Positions 7,598 to 17,235 of a stretch of 64,000 bases of DNA are shown here, in pieces (positions within the stretch are counted from its first letter, which is position 1; each line of letters begins with the position of its first letter). The translations under genes and the position numbers were made by a program. Below the pieces are notes generated by a model, which ran no database searches, had not been told where the DNA came from, and saw only the letters and a list, made by a program, of their open reading frames with translations. Origin of the DNA: Flavihumibacter sp. CACIAM 22H1 (GTDB lineage: Bacteria; Bacteroidota; Bacteroidia; Chitinophagales; Chitinophagaceae); the NCBI RefSeq assembly GCF_001601815.1, contig NZ_LUKG01000007.1:46590-110589 (forward strand), in the 5' to 3' direction.

Positions 7598-9859
7598 TTA
7601 ATACCCGAGAATAAATTCATATTCAGGTATAATTTCCGTACGCAGTATCCGAGGAGGCAATTGATTGTACTGGCCGGAAATGATTAGCTGCATAGCGCTG
7701 CCCTTTACAACCAGTTCCTTCTCAAATCTTTTCAATCCTATCATCCAGCTTTTCCCATAATTCAGCCGGTCTGCAACAGTGATGCCTTTCAATTGAACGC
7801 TTCCCAGATCACCCGTAAAATCTACCTTGTAAAACACATCCGATACCTGGGCCGGAACTTTTTCTTTTAGTGATACCCTGGCTGTACTATCATTTAAACG
7901 ATGATGACCGATACTGCCCGCTGTATATTTATTCACACGCATGGTATAGGCAGAAAAACCAGTCCCCTTTTTTTTGATGGTATTAGTTAGCTGGTTATTG
8001 GGATAAATGGAAAATTTCAATTCCGGATCCCCTAGCTGCCTGGCAACAAGCTTACCAGGAAACTGCAAAAAAGATGCTTCCGAAATAATAACAAAATCCT
8101 GGCCCTTTAAGGAAAATTTCCAGGCATTTTCCGCTTCTTTCCTGGAAAGCAGAATAATTCGTACGCTTTGCCCATTCTTTTTCCGAAGCTCAATTGTTTT
8201 CGCAGCCCCATCAGCGCCGATATAATAAAACTGATCAGCTGTTTCTACCTGGCATCCGGGAGCCGTTACGCTTTCAATATTCTCTTTTTTTACGCAAATT
8301 TCTACCGGCACCCCTTCCGTATTGTATAGAAAGATGTCTTCCCGATCATTATTTTTAACCTTGCACAATACCTGGGCTGTTGCGTATTTTATCTGGATAC
8401 CATTGAAATCAAGATTCACCGGCCAGGTAGCTATTACACCGTCAATTATTGGTACCGGCTTCCGGGGAAAACGGATCGTTTCAGCAGGCAGCGCAAGCTC
8501 AACTTGTACCATCTTCTCTGACATCTGCCTGTAATTCTGGGTATTGCAGATGTATACATAACCCTGTCCCTTATCGTTAAACCGGCCGGTATACCTGAGG
8601 TTAACGGTATCTGCAGGATTGGTGGGCAGCTGAGAAGGCCGCACCACTTTTGTACGGGCAAGCTGACTTCCAAAATCCTGTAAAAACAGATGATGCAGTT
8701 TCAGAAATTTATAACTCTCCGCCACCTGTCCAAACTCATCAAGCGGAGCCTGATAATCGTAGGACACTAAGCCGGAAGGCATTAGCGGTCCGTCTGACAA
8801 AGGCATTTCAGTACCCGGGTATTGCGTTCCTCCCTGAAACATGAAATAACCCAACATATTTATACCCCTTCCAACCTGGTTATGTGCATGCGCCTCAATT
8901 ACATTGGGCTGTACTATAAAACGGGCAGCATGGGTTTCCTGCATGCCTGCCCCCTGTTCACATAAACCCCTGGGATAATTTTCCACATCATAATAAACCT
9001 GTCCCAGGTTTTCTTCCATGATCCATTGATCCTGGGCAAATAGAAAATCTGTGGTCAGGGTCTTTTTACGCTCCCAACCCCTGTAACAATATGCCCCCTG
9101 CAAGGGAAGTACTTCAAATTTTTTATCCTGAAAAACGGTATTGGCTGTTACCGACCAATATACGGGCGCTATCCCCGCTTCTGTTGCAAGCCGCTTTAGC
9201 TGGCTAATATGCGTAGAATCACCGGATGCGTATTCGTTTTCCAACTGTACCCCTATTACCGGCCCTCCCTGCCCCCAGTATAAACCAGCTGTTTGTTCAC
9301 CCAACCTGTTAAAATAGTTGGCCACTTCTTTTAAATAAACCGGTTGATTGGTTCTTTTCTCTCGCATAGTATAGATCCAGTCGGGAAATCCGCGGCCCCT
9401 GACATCGCCATTTATATAGGGTCCGGGCCGAAGCCACACATACATTTGATGCTTTTTACAAAGGCTGATAAACTGGCGAAGGTCTAGGCTGCCCGACCAG
9501 CTCCAGGTATCTTTCGGCTTTTCGTGCGCACCCCAGTAAACATAGGTAGCAACAATCTGCAAACCACCGCTTTTCATTTTAAGGAGTTGTTCCTCCCAAT
9601 ATTCTGCCGGGTATCTCCAATAGTGAAACTCCCCCATCAATGGATACCAGGGCTGCCCATTTTTTTCAAAATACTGGTTGTTGACGCCCAGTACTACCCC
9701 TTCCGGATTTTTACCAAAGAAAGCGGGAATTGCTTTTACAGGTTGGGCGGCTACCGCGGAAGCATCTAGTTTATAGAACACGGGTTGTGCCATTAAACTA
9801 CCATGAAACGAGAAAAATACTGTTAACAGGTAGCTTAGTTTTATAGGAAACGAATACAT
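7598..9859 (-). CDS. glycoside hydrolase family 35 beta-galactosidase
   Basis: 753 aa with a signal peptide. GH35 hallmarks are GEFHYWRYPAEYWEEQLLKMKSGGLQIVATYVYWGAHE, RPGPYINGD and GVQLENEYAS. Confidence 0.85.
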   Translation of the reverse strand: MYSFPIKLSYLLTVFFSFHGSLMAQPVFYKLDASAVAAQPVKAIPAFFGKNPEGVVLGVNNQYFEKNGQPWYPLMGEFHYWRYPAEYWEEQLLKMKSGGLQIVATYVYWGAHEKPKDTWSWSGSLDLRQFISLCKKHQMYVWLRPGPYINGDVRGRGFPDWIYTMREKRTNQPVYLKEVANYFNRLGEQTAGLYWGQGGPVIGVQLENEYASGDSTHISQLKRLATEAGIAPVYWSVTANTVFQDKKFEVLPLQGAYCYRGWERKKTLTTDFLFAQDQWIMEENLGQVYYDVENYPRGLCEQGAGMQETHAARFIVQPNVIEAHAHNQVGRGINMLGYFMFQGGTQYPGTEMPLSDGPLMPSGLVSYDYQAPLDEFGQVAESYKFLKLHHLFLQDFGSQLARTKVVRPSQLPTNPADTVNLRYTGRFNDKGQGYVYICNTQNYRQMSEKMVQVELALPAETIRFPRKPVPIIDGVIATWPVNLDFNGIQIKYATAQVLCKVKNNDREDIFLYNTEGVPVEICVKKENIESVTAPGCQVETADQFYYIGADGAAKTIELRKKNGQSVRIILLSRKEAENAWKFSLKGQDFVIISEASFLQFPGKLVARQLGDPELKFSIYPNNQLTNTIKKKGTGFSAYTMRVNKYTAGSIGHHRLNDSTARVSLKEKVPAQVSDVFYKVDFTGDLGSVQLKGITVADRLNYGKSWMIGLKRFEKELVVKGSAMQLIISGQYNQLPPRILRTEIIPEYEFILGY

Positions 9860-9872
9860 TATCTTTTAGAAA

Positions 9873-12281
9873 TTAGTTATAAAATTGAGTGCTCACCTTC
9901 CCAGGCTCCAGCTCCAGTAATTTTTTATTGCCCCCATAATTAATCCATACCTTTTTGTTACTACCGGCCTGCCCCGATATATTTTCAACCTGGAGCCTGG
10001 TTAATTTACCCTCTTTCCATTCGAGCGTACATTCAAAACAACCACGTGCCCGAATTCCTTTTATGGAGCCGTTTCGCCATTCTTTTGGTAATGCCGGCAA
10101 CACCTCTATTTCCGGAATTCCCTTTTCATCTACCCGGTGCGATTGCAGGAGCATTTCGCATATACCAGCCGTAAAACCCATCTGCCAATCGATCTGGTAA
10201 GACTGGTCGGGATTAAAATCATTGGGACCATATCCTTCTGCTAGTCTTGTTACCAATTCATAGGCCCTTTCGGGTTTAGCCTGTCTTGCCCAAAGATTTA
10301 TTTCCCAGGCATGCATCCATTTGGCAGTGCTGGGCCCGAAAATTTCCAGGGTTCGTTTTACAGCATTCTCCAGCTTGGGGTCATTTTTAAGGATTAGCTG
10401 GCGGCCAGGGAAATAACCGATCAATTGTGAAAGGTGGTTTTTATTACCCCCATAAGGCCGGTCAATACCGGGTTCAAGCCATTCTTTGATTTTCCCTTCC
10501 GGGTCTACCTGGTAGCGCGGTAACAGGTGAAAAGCGGCCTTCGTTTTTTGATAGAGCGAATCATTGATCGCCAACCTTTCACAGGTCTGTATAAAATTCA
10601 TGAACAACTCTTCGTAGAGTGCTATATCCTGCCCGGAATTAAGTATACAATATCCTTTATAACCAGCCGGTGTACTATAGGTGGCCTCGCTCGAAACAGT
10701 AAAGCGTGGCACTAACTGATTGGAACTATCTTTTATCAGCCAATCCAAACTAAATTCAACCGCACCTTTTAACAATGGGTAAACGCGGTTCCTGAGAAAA
10801 ACGCTGTCGTTTGTAAATTGATAATGCTCCCAAAAGTCAAAGGACTCCCAAATGCCACCACCCATAAAGTTAGCCCAGGAGGGCTCTCCACCGCCGGCCC
10901 CAACGGCGCCGGAATACCGCCAGATATCGGCATTATGATGTGCTACCCAACCCGAACTATTATAGTTATGCCGGGCGGTTTCCCGTCCATGTTCTGCCAG
11001 CTCTTCTATGAAAGAAAGCATGGGCTCATGGCATTCAGCCAGGTTGGCCACCAATACGGGCCAATAATTCATCTGGGAATTTATGTTCATGGTATAATTG
11101 CTGCTCCAGGGCGGACGAACCCATTCATTCCAATTCCCCTGCAGATTTAATGGCTGGCTTCCAGGTCTTGAACCGGCAATCATGAGGTACCGCCCCAAAT
11201 CAAACAAAAGGGTAAGAAAGGAAGGATCGTTCTCTTTTTTAAATCGTTCAACCAAACTGCTGAGAGGGGCCTGATCCTGGTTCGTGCCGGCGTCCAGTTT
11301 CAATTCCATCCGGTTAAACAGGCGCTGATAATCTGAAATATGTGCGGCAAGCAGGGTAGCATAGGATTTTCCGAGCAGCTTCCTATTGTCATCCATAACC
11401 AATCTGTTGCAGTTAAGCCCGTTTTTAGAAGGCGACTGGTTATACCCGTTAAAACTGGTTCTGGCCGAAATCAACAGCAGCACACTGGTGGCATTGACCA
11501 CCCTGATTGTTCCGTTCTTATTACTAATCCTGCCATCTTTCACCTGCGCATTTAAGATAGCGGCGTACCGCATCCCTTTCCCGTTCTCCGCGGAATCATA
11601 AAGAACCGGTTTATCGGTGGAAAGATAACTGGGATCAACCTGGTAAGGCGCTCTGCCGAAAGCCTGCAAGGAAGTACCGGAAACAGATTTTACCTGTTGC
11701 TGGTGTTTCCCGGCCATAGCAATTGTAAAATTGAGTTTACCCGACTGGCTGGCTTCCAACTGCACAACAATGGCCTGATCCGGAAAACTACAAAATGCCG
11801 TTCTGGTATATACGACACCATCCACCTGGTAGGATACCGCAGCCACTGCATCAGAAATATTTAAGTACCTGGTATAGTTGACCGGCTTTCCAGTATGATC
11901 AAACCGGATCCGTAATTCTTCCAGGGGCTGGTAGGATTGATTGTAAGGCCCCTGTAACTTTTTAGCCAGTTCATCGGCCAACGCATGGTCTCCCTTAACC
12001 AACGCTGCATGTATTTGCGCCACCGTTTCCGGCCCGTTGGCAACTTTACCGGAATAAGGCTCGCCCGACCAGAAAGAATCGTCGTTTAGTACGATCCGTT
12101 CTTCTTCCACTCCACCGAAAATAGTAGCCCCCAAGCGACCATTGCCAATGGGAATTGCCTGCATAAAAGAACCTGCCGGACTTGCATACCGGGCAATCTT
12201 AGCCCCCGTTTTGACCTGTGACCGAGTTTCACTAACCGGGAAGAAAGCTGCAACAAAAAAAAGGATCCGTGTAGTTTTCAT
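9873..12281 (-). CDS. glycoside hydrolase family 95 (alpha-L-fucosidase type)
   Basis: 802 aa. The GH95 N-terminal motif is PIGNGRLGATIFGGVEEERIVLNDDSFWSGEP. The catalytic region reads LNLQGNWNEWVRPPWSSNYTMNINSQMNYWP. Confidence 0.85.
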   Translation of the reverse strand: MKTTRILFFVAAFFPVSETRSQVKTGAKIARYASPAGSFMQAIPIGNGRLGATIFGGVEEERIVLNDDSFWSGEPYSGKVANGPETVAQIHAALVKGDHALADELAKKLQGPYNQSYQPLEELRIRFDHTGKPVNYTRYLNISDAVAAVSYQVDGVVYTRTAFCSFPDQAIVVQLEASQSGKLNFTIAMAGKHQQQVKSVSGTSLQAFGRAPYQVDPSYLSTDKPVLYDSAENGKGMRYAAILNAQVKDGRISNKNGTIRVVNATSVLLLISARTSFNGYNQSPSKNGLNCNRLVMDDNRKLLGKSYATLLAAHISDYQRLFNRMELKLDAGTNQDQAPLSSLVERFKKENDPSFLTLLFDLGRYLMIAGSRPGSQPLNLQGNWNEWVRPPWSSNYTMNINSQMNYWPVLVANLAECHEPMLSFIEELAEHGRETARHNYNSSGWVAHHNADIWRYSGAVGAGGGEPSWANFMGGGIWESFDFWEHYQFTNDSVFLRNRVYPLLKGAVEFSLDWLIKDSSNQLVPRFTVSSEATYSTPAGYKGYCILNSGQDIALYEELFMNFIQTCERLAINDSLYQKTKAAFHLLPRYQVDPEGKIKEWLEPGIDRPYGGNKNHLSQLIGYFPGRQLILKNDPKLENAVKRTLEIFGPSTAKWMHAWEINLWARQAKPERAYELVTRLAEGYGPNDFNPDQSYQIDWQMGFTAGICEMLLQSHRVDEKGIPEIEVLPALPKEWRNGSIKGIRARGCFECTLEWKEGKLTRLQVENISGQAGSNKKVWINYGGNKKLLELEPGKVSTQFYN

Positions 12282-12286
12282 ATTGG

Positions 12287-14518
12287 TTAATTTAATCTTA
12301 AACGAACCTGGTAAACAGGTAATATCTCCACCTTATTAATTACAGGCACTTGCTTTTTTGCGGTAGCTGCCAGGTAATCAGCAATACCGGTAACTTTTTC
12401 GTCCCAGGGGGTAACCGTTAAGCTAATTTCCTTTCCGCCAAATCGCTTTAACCCAAGCATCCAGTCAGTGCCATTGAATAAATTATCGGTAACCACCCGG
12501 CTACCTAAACTGGCCACTGCTGCATTTCCGCTGTATTGAATTTTTAAGAACACATTGTTAATGGAAGATGGCCAGGCAGCAGGTATACTAACCCGTGTAG
12601 CAGCCTGTTCTTTTTTTATCCTGACATTTGCATTAACAGGTTTTACCATCCAATTATAAAGCCTGTAACTGGCAGTAGTCGTTGATTTTTTATCCTGAAA
12701 AAGTATCCTATCGGATGGATACACACGTGCTGAAAATGCGTGTCGGTTTAATTGATAAAACTGGAGGGTATCCTTGCTATACAAGAGATCGGCTTTTGTT
12801 ATGATCATAAACTCAGCGCCGTTTTTATTGATCCGCCAGGCATTCTCCGCCTCTGATCGTTGCATAAAATGAAGCGAAACCGTCATGCCATCGGACAATT
12901 TCAACCGAACCATATTTCCACCTTCTGCAACCAGCTCGTAGCGGTCGTTTACTTGCGTGCGCTTCCATCCCGGTGTTTCGATTACTGCATGTTCCGGCAA
13001 TTGAAGAGACAATGCCGGATTTACACCCGGAAGATTCTGGAAAAAAACCTGCAGGTGATTACCATTTTGAATTTTGGAAAAAGGTTGTGCCACTGCGTAT
13101 TTAAGGGTGGCTGTACCCAGTTTAAGGTTGAACGGCAAAACCGGGCTGGTTTGCCCTTTAAGAAGAAAGGAAGGAAATTCAATTTGTTCATTCTTCAGCC
13201 TGATTTGCAGGTTCACTTCCTTATCTGGCATATTCAGCCGAACCTGGGTATTACATAAAAAAATAAAGCCCTGGTCGTCCTTTACCCTGGTAATATAGCG
13301 CAACTGCATGCTGTCTAACTCGTTTGTAACGGGATTGGCAGCTTCCACGGTATGCATGGGAGCCAGCTGTTCTCCAAAATCATTGATAAAATGGTGCAGT
13401 ATTTTCAAATACCGGTAGGAGGGCCTGATCAAACCAAATTCGCTGATCGGCGCCTGAAAATCATAACTTTCAGGACAGCCTGGTTCTTTTAAACCAGGCG
13501 TTTGGGTACCTCCTTTAAACATGTAATAACCAACCAGGTTCATTCCCCGTCCGACCTGATTCTGAAGGTGTGCTTCCACTACATGGGGTTCCACTACAAA
13601 CCGGTTGGCAAAAGTCATCTGGCTACCAGCTCCCTGCTCACATAGTCCTTTGGGAAATTTGTCTAATTCATAATATAATTTACCCAGGGCATCGGTCATT
13701 ATCCATTGATCATTGCCGTATAAAAAATCTTTGGTGGCTTTACCACCTCCTGCTTCCCAGCCCCTATAAGGATAAGCGCCCTGCAGGGGGATTACTTCCT
13801 GCAGTTCATCATTAAACACGGTATTGGCTGTAACCGACCAATAAACCGGATTTATTTTATGCCCCACTGCAATTTCTTTCAGCACGCTTATATGTTCAGC
13901 TTTTCCGGAAGCATACTCGTTCTCCAACTGCACGCCAATAATAGGTCCGCCATTTATAAAATACAAGTCCTTTGTTTCCCTTCCTATTTGTTCAAAAAGG
14001 CGAAAAACAGCCTTTACGTATTCCGGGTCATTGCTTCTTTTTCCCTTCATCTTATGAACGTACTCCGGGTGGCCGCCGTGCAATTGTTCGCCATGGCTCC
14101 AGGGGCCAATCCGAAGCCAGACATACAGGCCGCATTCCTGTGCGGTTAGCAGAAATTTTCGGAGGTCTCTGTTTCCTTCCCAATCCCATTTCCCACGACT
14201 TGTTTCATGTTCATTCCAAAAAACATAGGACGCTACAATGGTAATACCAGCGGCGCGCATTTTTAACAGCTCTTCTTTCCACTCTTTTGCAGGCACCCTG
14301 TTGTAATGCATTTCACCCATCACAGGAAACCAGGCTTTATCATTTTTGGTAAAAAACTGGTTATTTACTTTTAACTGGTTACCAACCGGGTCCTTTCCTT
14401 CCATTGGCAGGCTTTCCAGCTTTGCCGCCGGAACCGCTGTAATGTCGATGGTTGTGATTTGTCCTACACCTGTCTGCGCCAGGAACAATACTGCTGCAAA
14501 AAATAAACTACGTTTCAT
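12287..14518 (-). CDS. glycoside hydrolase family 35 beta-galactosidase (paralogue of 7598-9859)
   Basis: 743 aa with GEMHYNRVPAKEWKEELLKMRAAGITIVASYVFWNEHE and GVQLENEYASG. It is collinear with the other GH35 along its full length. Confidence 0.85.
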   Translation of the reverse strand: MKRSLFFAAVLFLAQTGVGQITTIDITAVPAAKLESLPMEGKDPVGNQLKVNNQFFTKNDKAWFPVMGEMHYNRVPAKEWKEELLKMRAAGITIVASYVFWNEHETSRGKWDWEGNRDLRKFLLTAQECGLYVWLRIGPWSHGEQLHGGHPEYVHKMKGKRSNDPEYVKAVFRLFEQIGRETKDLYFINGGPIIGVQLENEYASGKAEHISVLKEIAVGHKINPVYWSVTANTVFNDELQEVIPLQGAYPYRGWEAGGGKATKDFLYGNDQWIMTDALGKLYYELDKFPKGLCEQGAGSQMTFANRFVVEPHVVEAHLQNQVGRGMNLVGYYMFKGGTQTPGLKEPGCPESYDFQAPISEFGLIRPSYRYLKILHHFINDFGEQLAPMHTVEAANPVTNELDSMQLRYITRVKDDQGFIFLCNTQVRLNMPDKEVNLQIRLKNEQIEFPSFLLKGQTSPVLPFNLKLGTATLKYAVAQPFSKIQNGNHLQVFFQNLPGVNPALSLQLPEHAVIETPGWKRTQVNDRYELVAEGGNMVRLKLSDGMTVSLHFMQRSEAENAWRINKNGAEFMIITKADLLYSKDTLQFYQLNRHAFSARVYPSDRILFQDKKSTTTASYRLYNWMVKPVNANVRIKKEQAATRVSIPAAWPSSINNVFLKIQYSGNAAVASLGSRVVTDNLFNGTDWMLGLKRFGGKEISLTVTPWDEKVTGIADYLAATAKKQVPVINKVEILPVYQVRLRLN

Positions 14519-14552
14519 AATAATAAATAAGCTCTTACTGCTTTAATTTTCT

Positions 14553-16691
14553 TTAATCAATGGTTAGTTCAAGCGCCCCATCAACAAGGGCTGCCGCAAA
14601 TTCTACCGGGTTAGGAAAGGGCTCTACCCGGCTTGGTATGGCGTGCTCTACCCAATTCAATTCCCAGGCATTTTTATCCCATGCTATTCCCGATCGTTTC
14701 TGGTTCAGCAGGTAATTCATACGTGGGCGGTAAAAATCTCTAACCAAACCAGCCCATAGCCTGCAGCTGTAATCATTTACAGGAGGTCCCCATATAGTTA
14801 TTATTCGGCGGGCGCTTGCTAATTTTTGTTGAACCAGCATGGTATCCTTACTGCCTGAGGCAGCAAAGTAGAGCCAACGATCTAAACGATTGAGCGGATG
14901 AGATTCCAGCAATCTATCCAGATTGGTCAGCATTTCAAGTGCGGTGGTAGCCAGTTGGTCGCCTTTCTGAACAGCGTTGTTTTCATAGGCTTTGGCTGCT
15001 GCAAAAAACAGGTCTTCCGCCTTCAATCCCAGCACCAATGCAGCTCTTTCAACTGCATCAGCTACATAATTGGTATTATGCTGGAATGCTTGGCGGCAGG
15101 CTAAGAATAATTTAACCGATGTATAAAACTCCGCACTTCGATCCACCCGTCCTTTTGAAAAACGCGCAGTTTGCCAGTTAAACTGCGGGTGATCTACCAG
15201 GTAAGAATAACTGCTTTTGAGGAGCAAATCCCATGATTTTTGCATGTCGGCAGGAAATGCCCCATAGCGGTTTTGGGCATAGGATTTTATCCATGCAGAA
15301 AAATCTATTGGTTCGGCAGACCAGGCCGCGTCGGTCAGTAACTCATATACAACCGCATTATTTTCCAGTCCTTCACCCGAAAGCGAAAAGCCCACCAGGT
15401 TTTTCCGGTTGGGATCTTTTAAGGTTGTAGCTGCTCCATTGGCATAGAGTTGAAGGTTGCCGGTATAGGCAGTTTTTCCGCCCATATTCGGCACAAAGCC
15501 ATAAGCCCACTGTTTTCCATTAAACCCGTTATGAGTAGCCCAGGTTGTTGCATAATCATTGGCATAATCCAATATTAACAAGCGGTTATCCGGCACTTTA
15601 CTGAACAGGGCTTTCACATTTTTCGGCGGCCATTGTTTTTGCTGGTACCCAAACATCCACCCCTGTATCACCCATACGGCATCCTTTTGTACCGTATCAA
15701 TTGCTTCGAAGGTTAGTTTTCCTATTTCTGCCAGTAATTCTGTTGGCGGTTTGTCCGCATCCGGCAATTCCAACTCGTTAAAGCTATCTACCAGGTAATA
15801 GGTTGCCTTACCAAATTCTTTTCTCCATTCTTCCATATACAAGCGCGAAATGAGTTTGAACAGCGGTTCATCGGGCAGTATCATGGAGGGCCGTTGTGCA
15901 GGCGCAAAACCATCATTCCAAAGCGTTTCATGAAGTACCAGGGAGGGATAAATTCTTTTAATTGCTTTTGGAACAAAGCCGGCAAAAGATTGTACAATAG
16001 GTTCCATTCCCAGTGCGCGCATTCTACCTAATATCTTATGCTGCAGCGCAATCTGCTCCTTATGCCAGGCCGGCGACAAGGTGCCGCCCACCTGTTGAAT
16101 ATTGCCCATTCGTTGCCAGGGTAACAGGGCAGGGCTTACATAAAAAGAATCGATTTCCTGCTGGGTAAGTCCTAGTTTTTTCCATACCCGGGCCGCAATT
16201 GCCTCTGTGGCAACAGGTGCCATCAGCATATTGAAGCCATGCATGGCCTGCCAGTCGAGTTCCTTTTCCCAACGTTCCCAGGTCCAGAAAGGGGTAGTAT
16301 AGCCAGGTGTAACTGCATTAAATGCCTGCCGTATTTTAAACGGCGACTGCCTTGCTTTCTCTTTTACTTCCGGAAAAGCAGCCTGCAAATCAAAATTATG
16401 CCCCGCCCAATCCATCATACCCAGGCCCTGATCTTTAAAATAATCATACACCCCCCTTGCCAGGGCTACTGTTGAATTTCCGGAAACGTATAAACTATTA
16501 TTGGATGATTTATACAGATAGCGATCGGTCTGTTGATGAGTACCATCCAGGGCTAATCTGATGGTTGCTGCTTTTTCACCCAGAACCCGCTGAAGCAGCG
16601 CCCGCGTACTGGTAAGCGGATCTGGCTTGGTTTGGGCCTGGCAACAGTAGCTACCCAAAACAACCAGGCTTAGGAAAAATGGCTTGTACAT
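14553..16691 (-). CDS. alpha-N-acetylglucosaminidase (GH89, NAGLU-like)
   Basis: 712 aa. A long stretch closely parallels human NAGLU as I remember it: WERWEKELDWQAMHGFNMLMAPVATEAIAARVWKKLGLTQQEIDSFYVSPALLPWQRMGN...SFAGFVPKAI. Confidence 0.85.
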   Translation of the reverse strand: MYKPFFLSLVVLGSYCCQAQTKPDPLTSTRALLQRVLGEKAATIRLALDGTHQQTDRYLYKSSNNSLYVSGNSTVALARGVYDYFKDQGLGMMDWAGHNFDLQAAFPEVKEKARQSPFKIRQAFNAVTPGYTTPFWTWERWEKELDWQAMHGFNMLMAPVATEAIAARVWKKLGLTQQEIDSFYVSPALLPWQRMGNIQQVGGTLSPAWHKEQIALQHKILGRMRALGMEPIVQSFAGFVPKAIKRIYPSLVLHETLWNDGFAPAQRPSMILPDEPLFKLISRLYMEEWRKEFGKATYYLVDSFNELELPDADKPPTELLAEIGKLTFEAIDTVQKDAVWVIQGWMFGYQQKQWPPKNVKALFSKVPDNRLLILDYANDYATTWATHNGFNGKQWAYGFVPNMGGKTAYTGNLQLYANGAATTLKDPNRKNLVGFSLSGEGLENNAVVYELLTDAAWSAEPIDFSAWIKSYAQNRYGAFPADMQKSWDLLLKSSYSYLVDHPQFNWQTARFSKGRVDRSAEFYTSVKLFLACRQAFQHNTNYVADAVERAALVLGLKAEDLFFAAAKAYENNAVQKGDQLATTALEMLTNLDRLLESHPLNRLDRWLYFAASGSKDTMLVQQKLASARRIITIWGPPVNDYSCRLWAGLVRDFYRPRMNYLLNQKRSGIAWDKNAWELNWVEHAIPSRVEPFPNPVEFAAALVDGALELTID

Positions 16692-16705
16692 GTAGGGAGA
16701 ATTTT

Positions 16706-16739
16706 TTAAAAAAAAGCCACTTCAAAGAATTGAAGCGGC
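16706..16739 (-). terminator. intrinsic terminator/attenuator-like hairpin between the small lipoprotein gene and GH89
   Basis: The minus strand reads gccgcttcaa-ttct-ttgaagtggc, a 10-bp stem with one G-U pair. A T8 run follows immediately. It ends about 17 nt upstream of the GH89 ATG. Confidence 0.5.
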
Positions 16740-16769
16740 TAATGAAAAGAAAAACGAACGAGAAACCGC

Positions 16770-17213
16770 TTATTTTATTAGGTTAACTACTACATTCCAA
16801 CGTTTTTTCGTTCTGCCATCTGCAGCAGTTACCTCATAACTGACATTTTTTGAATAATTACCCGGCACGCCTAATTCAGGGGCTCCGTCTACCGGCTTAA
16901 TGGTTGCAGCGGTAGAAATATTACACATGCCTACAATATTTGAAAGTGTAATTTCATTCCGAACCTGGCTTGTAAATGAGCCGGATGCCGCCGGAACGGT
17001 AGTGGTGACCGTGATATTATCATTTTCAATAGTACTATTCGTATTAAAACGAACAACCCGGAACGTACCATTATCGTTCCACCGGTACTCAAAATCAAAC
17101 CGGTCTATTTTTGTATCAGAAAATGTCGGTAATTCATCCAGGCCACGTTTAAGACAGGAGCTGAATGCCACAAACATAAGTAGTATAATTCCGACGCTGT
17201 ATTGAACTTTCAT
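16770..17213 (-). CDS. small PUL-associated surface lipoprotein (function unknown)
   Basis: 147 aa with lipoprotein signal MKVQYSVGIILLMFVAFSSC. It sits directly downstream of SusD. The beta-rich C-terminus (NVSYEVTAADGRTKKRWNVVV) resembles the small DUF-type domains often found after SusD genes. Confidence 0.55.
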   Translation of the reverse strand: MKVQYSVGIILLMFVAFSSCLKRGLDELPTFSDTKIDRFDFEYRWNDNGTFRVVRFNTNSTIENDNITVTTTVPAASGSFTSQVRNEITLSNIVGMCNISTAATIKPVDGAPELGVPGNYSKNVSYEVTAADGRTKKRWNVVVNLIK

Positions 17214-17235
17214 GTTTATTTTTTTGGGGTTAACA

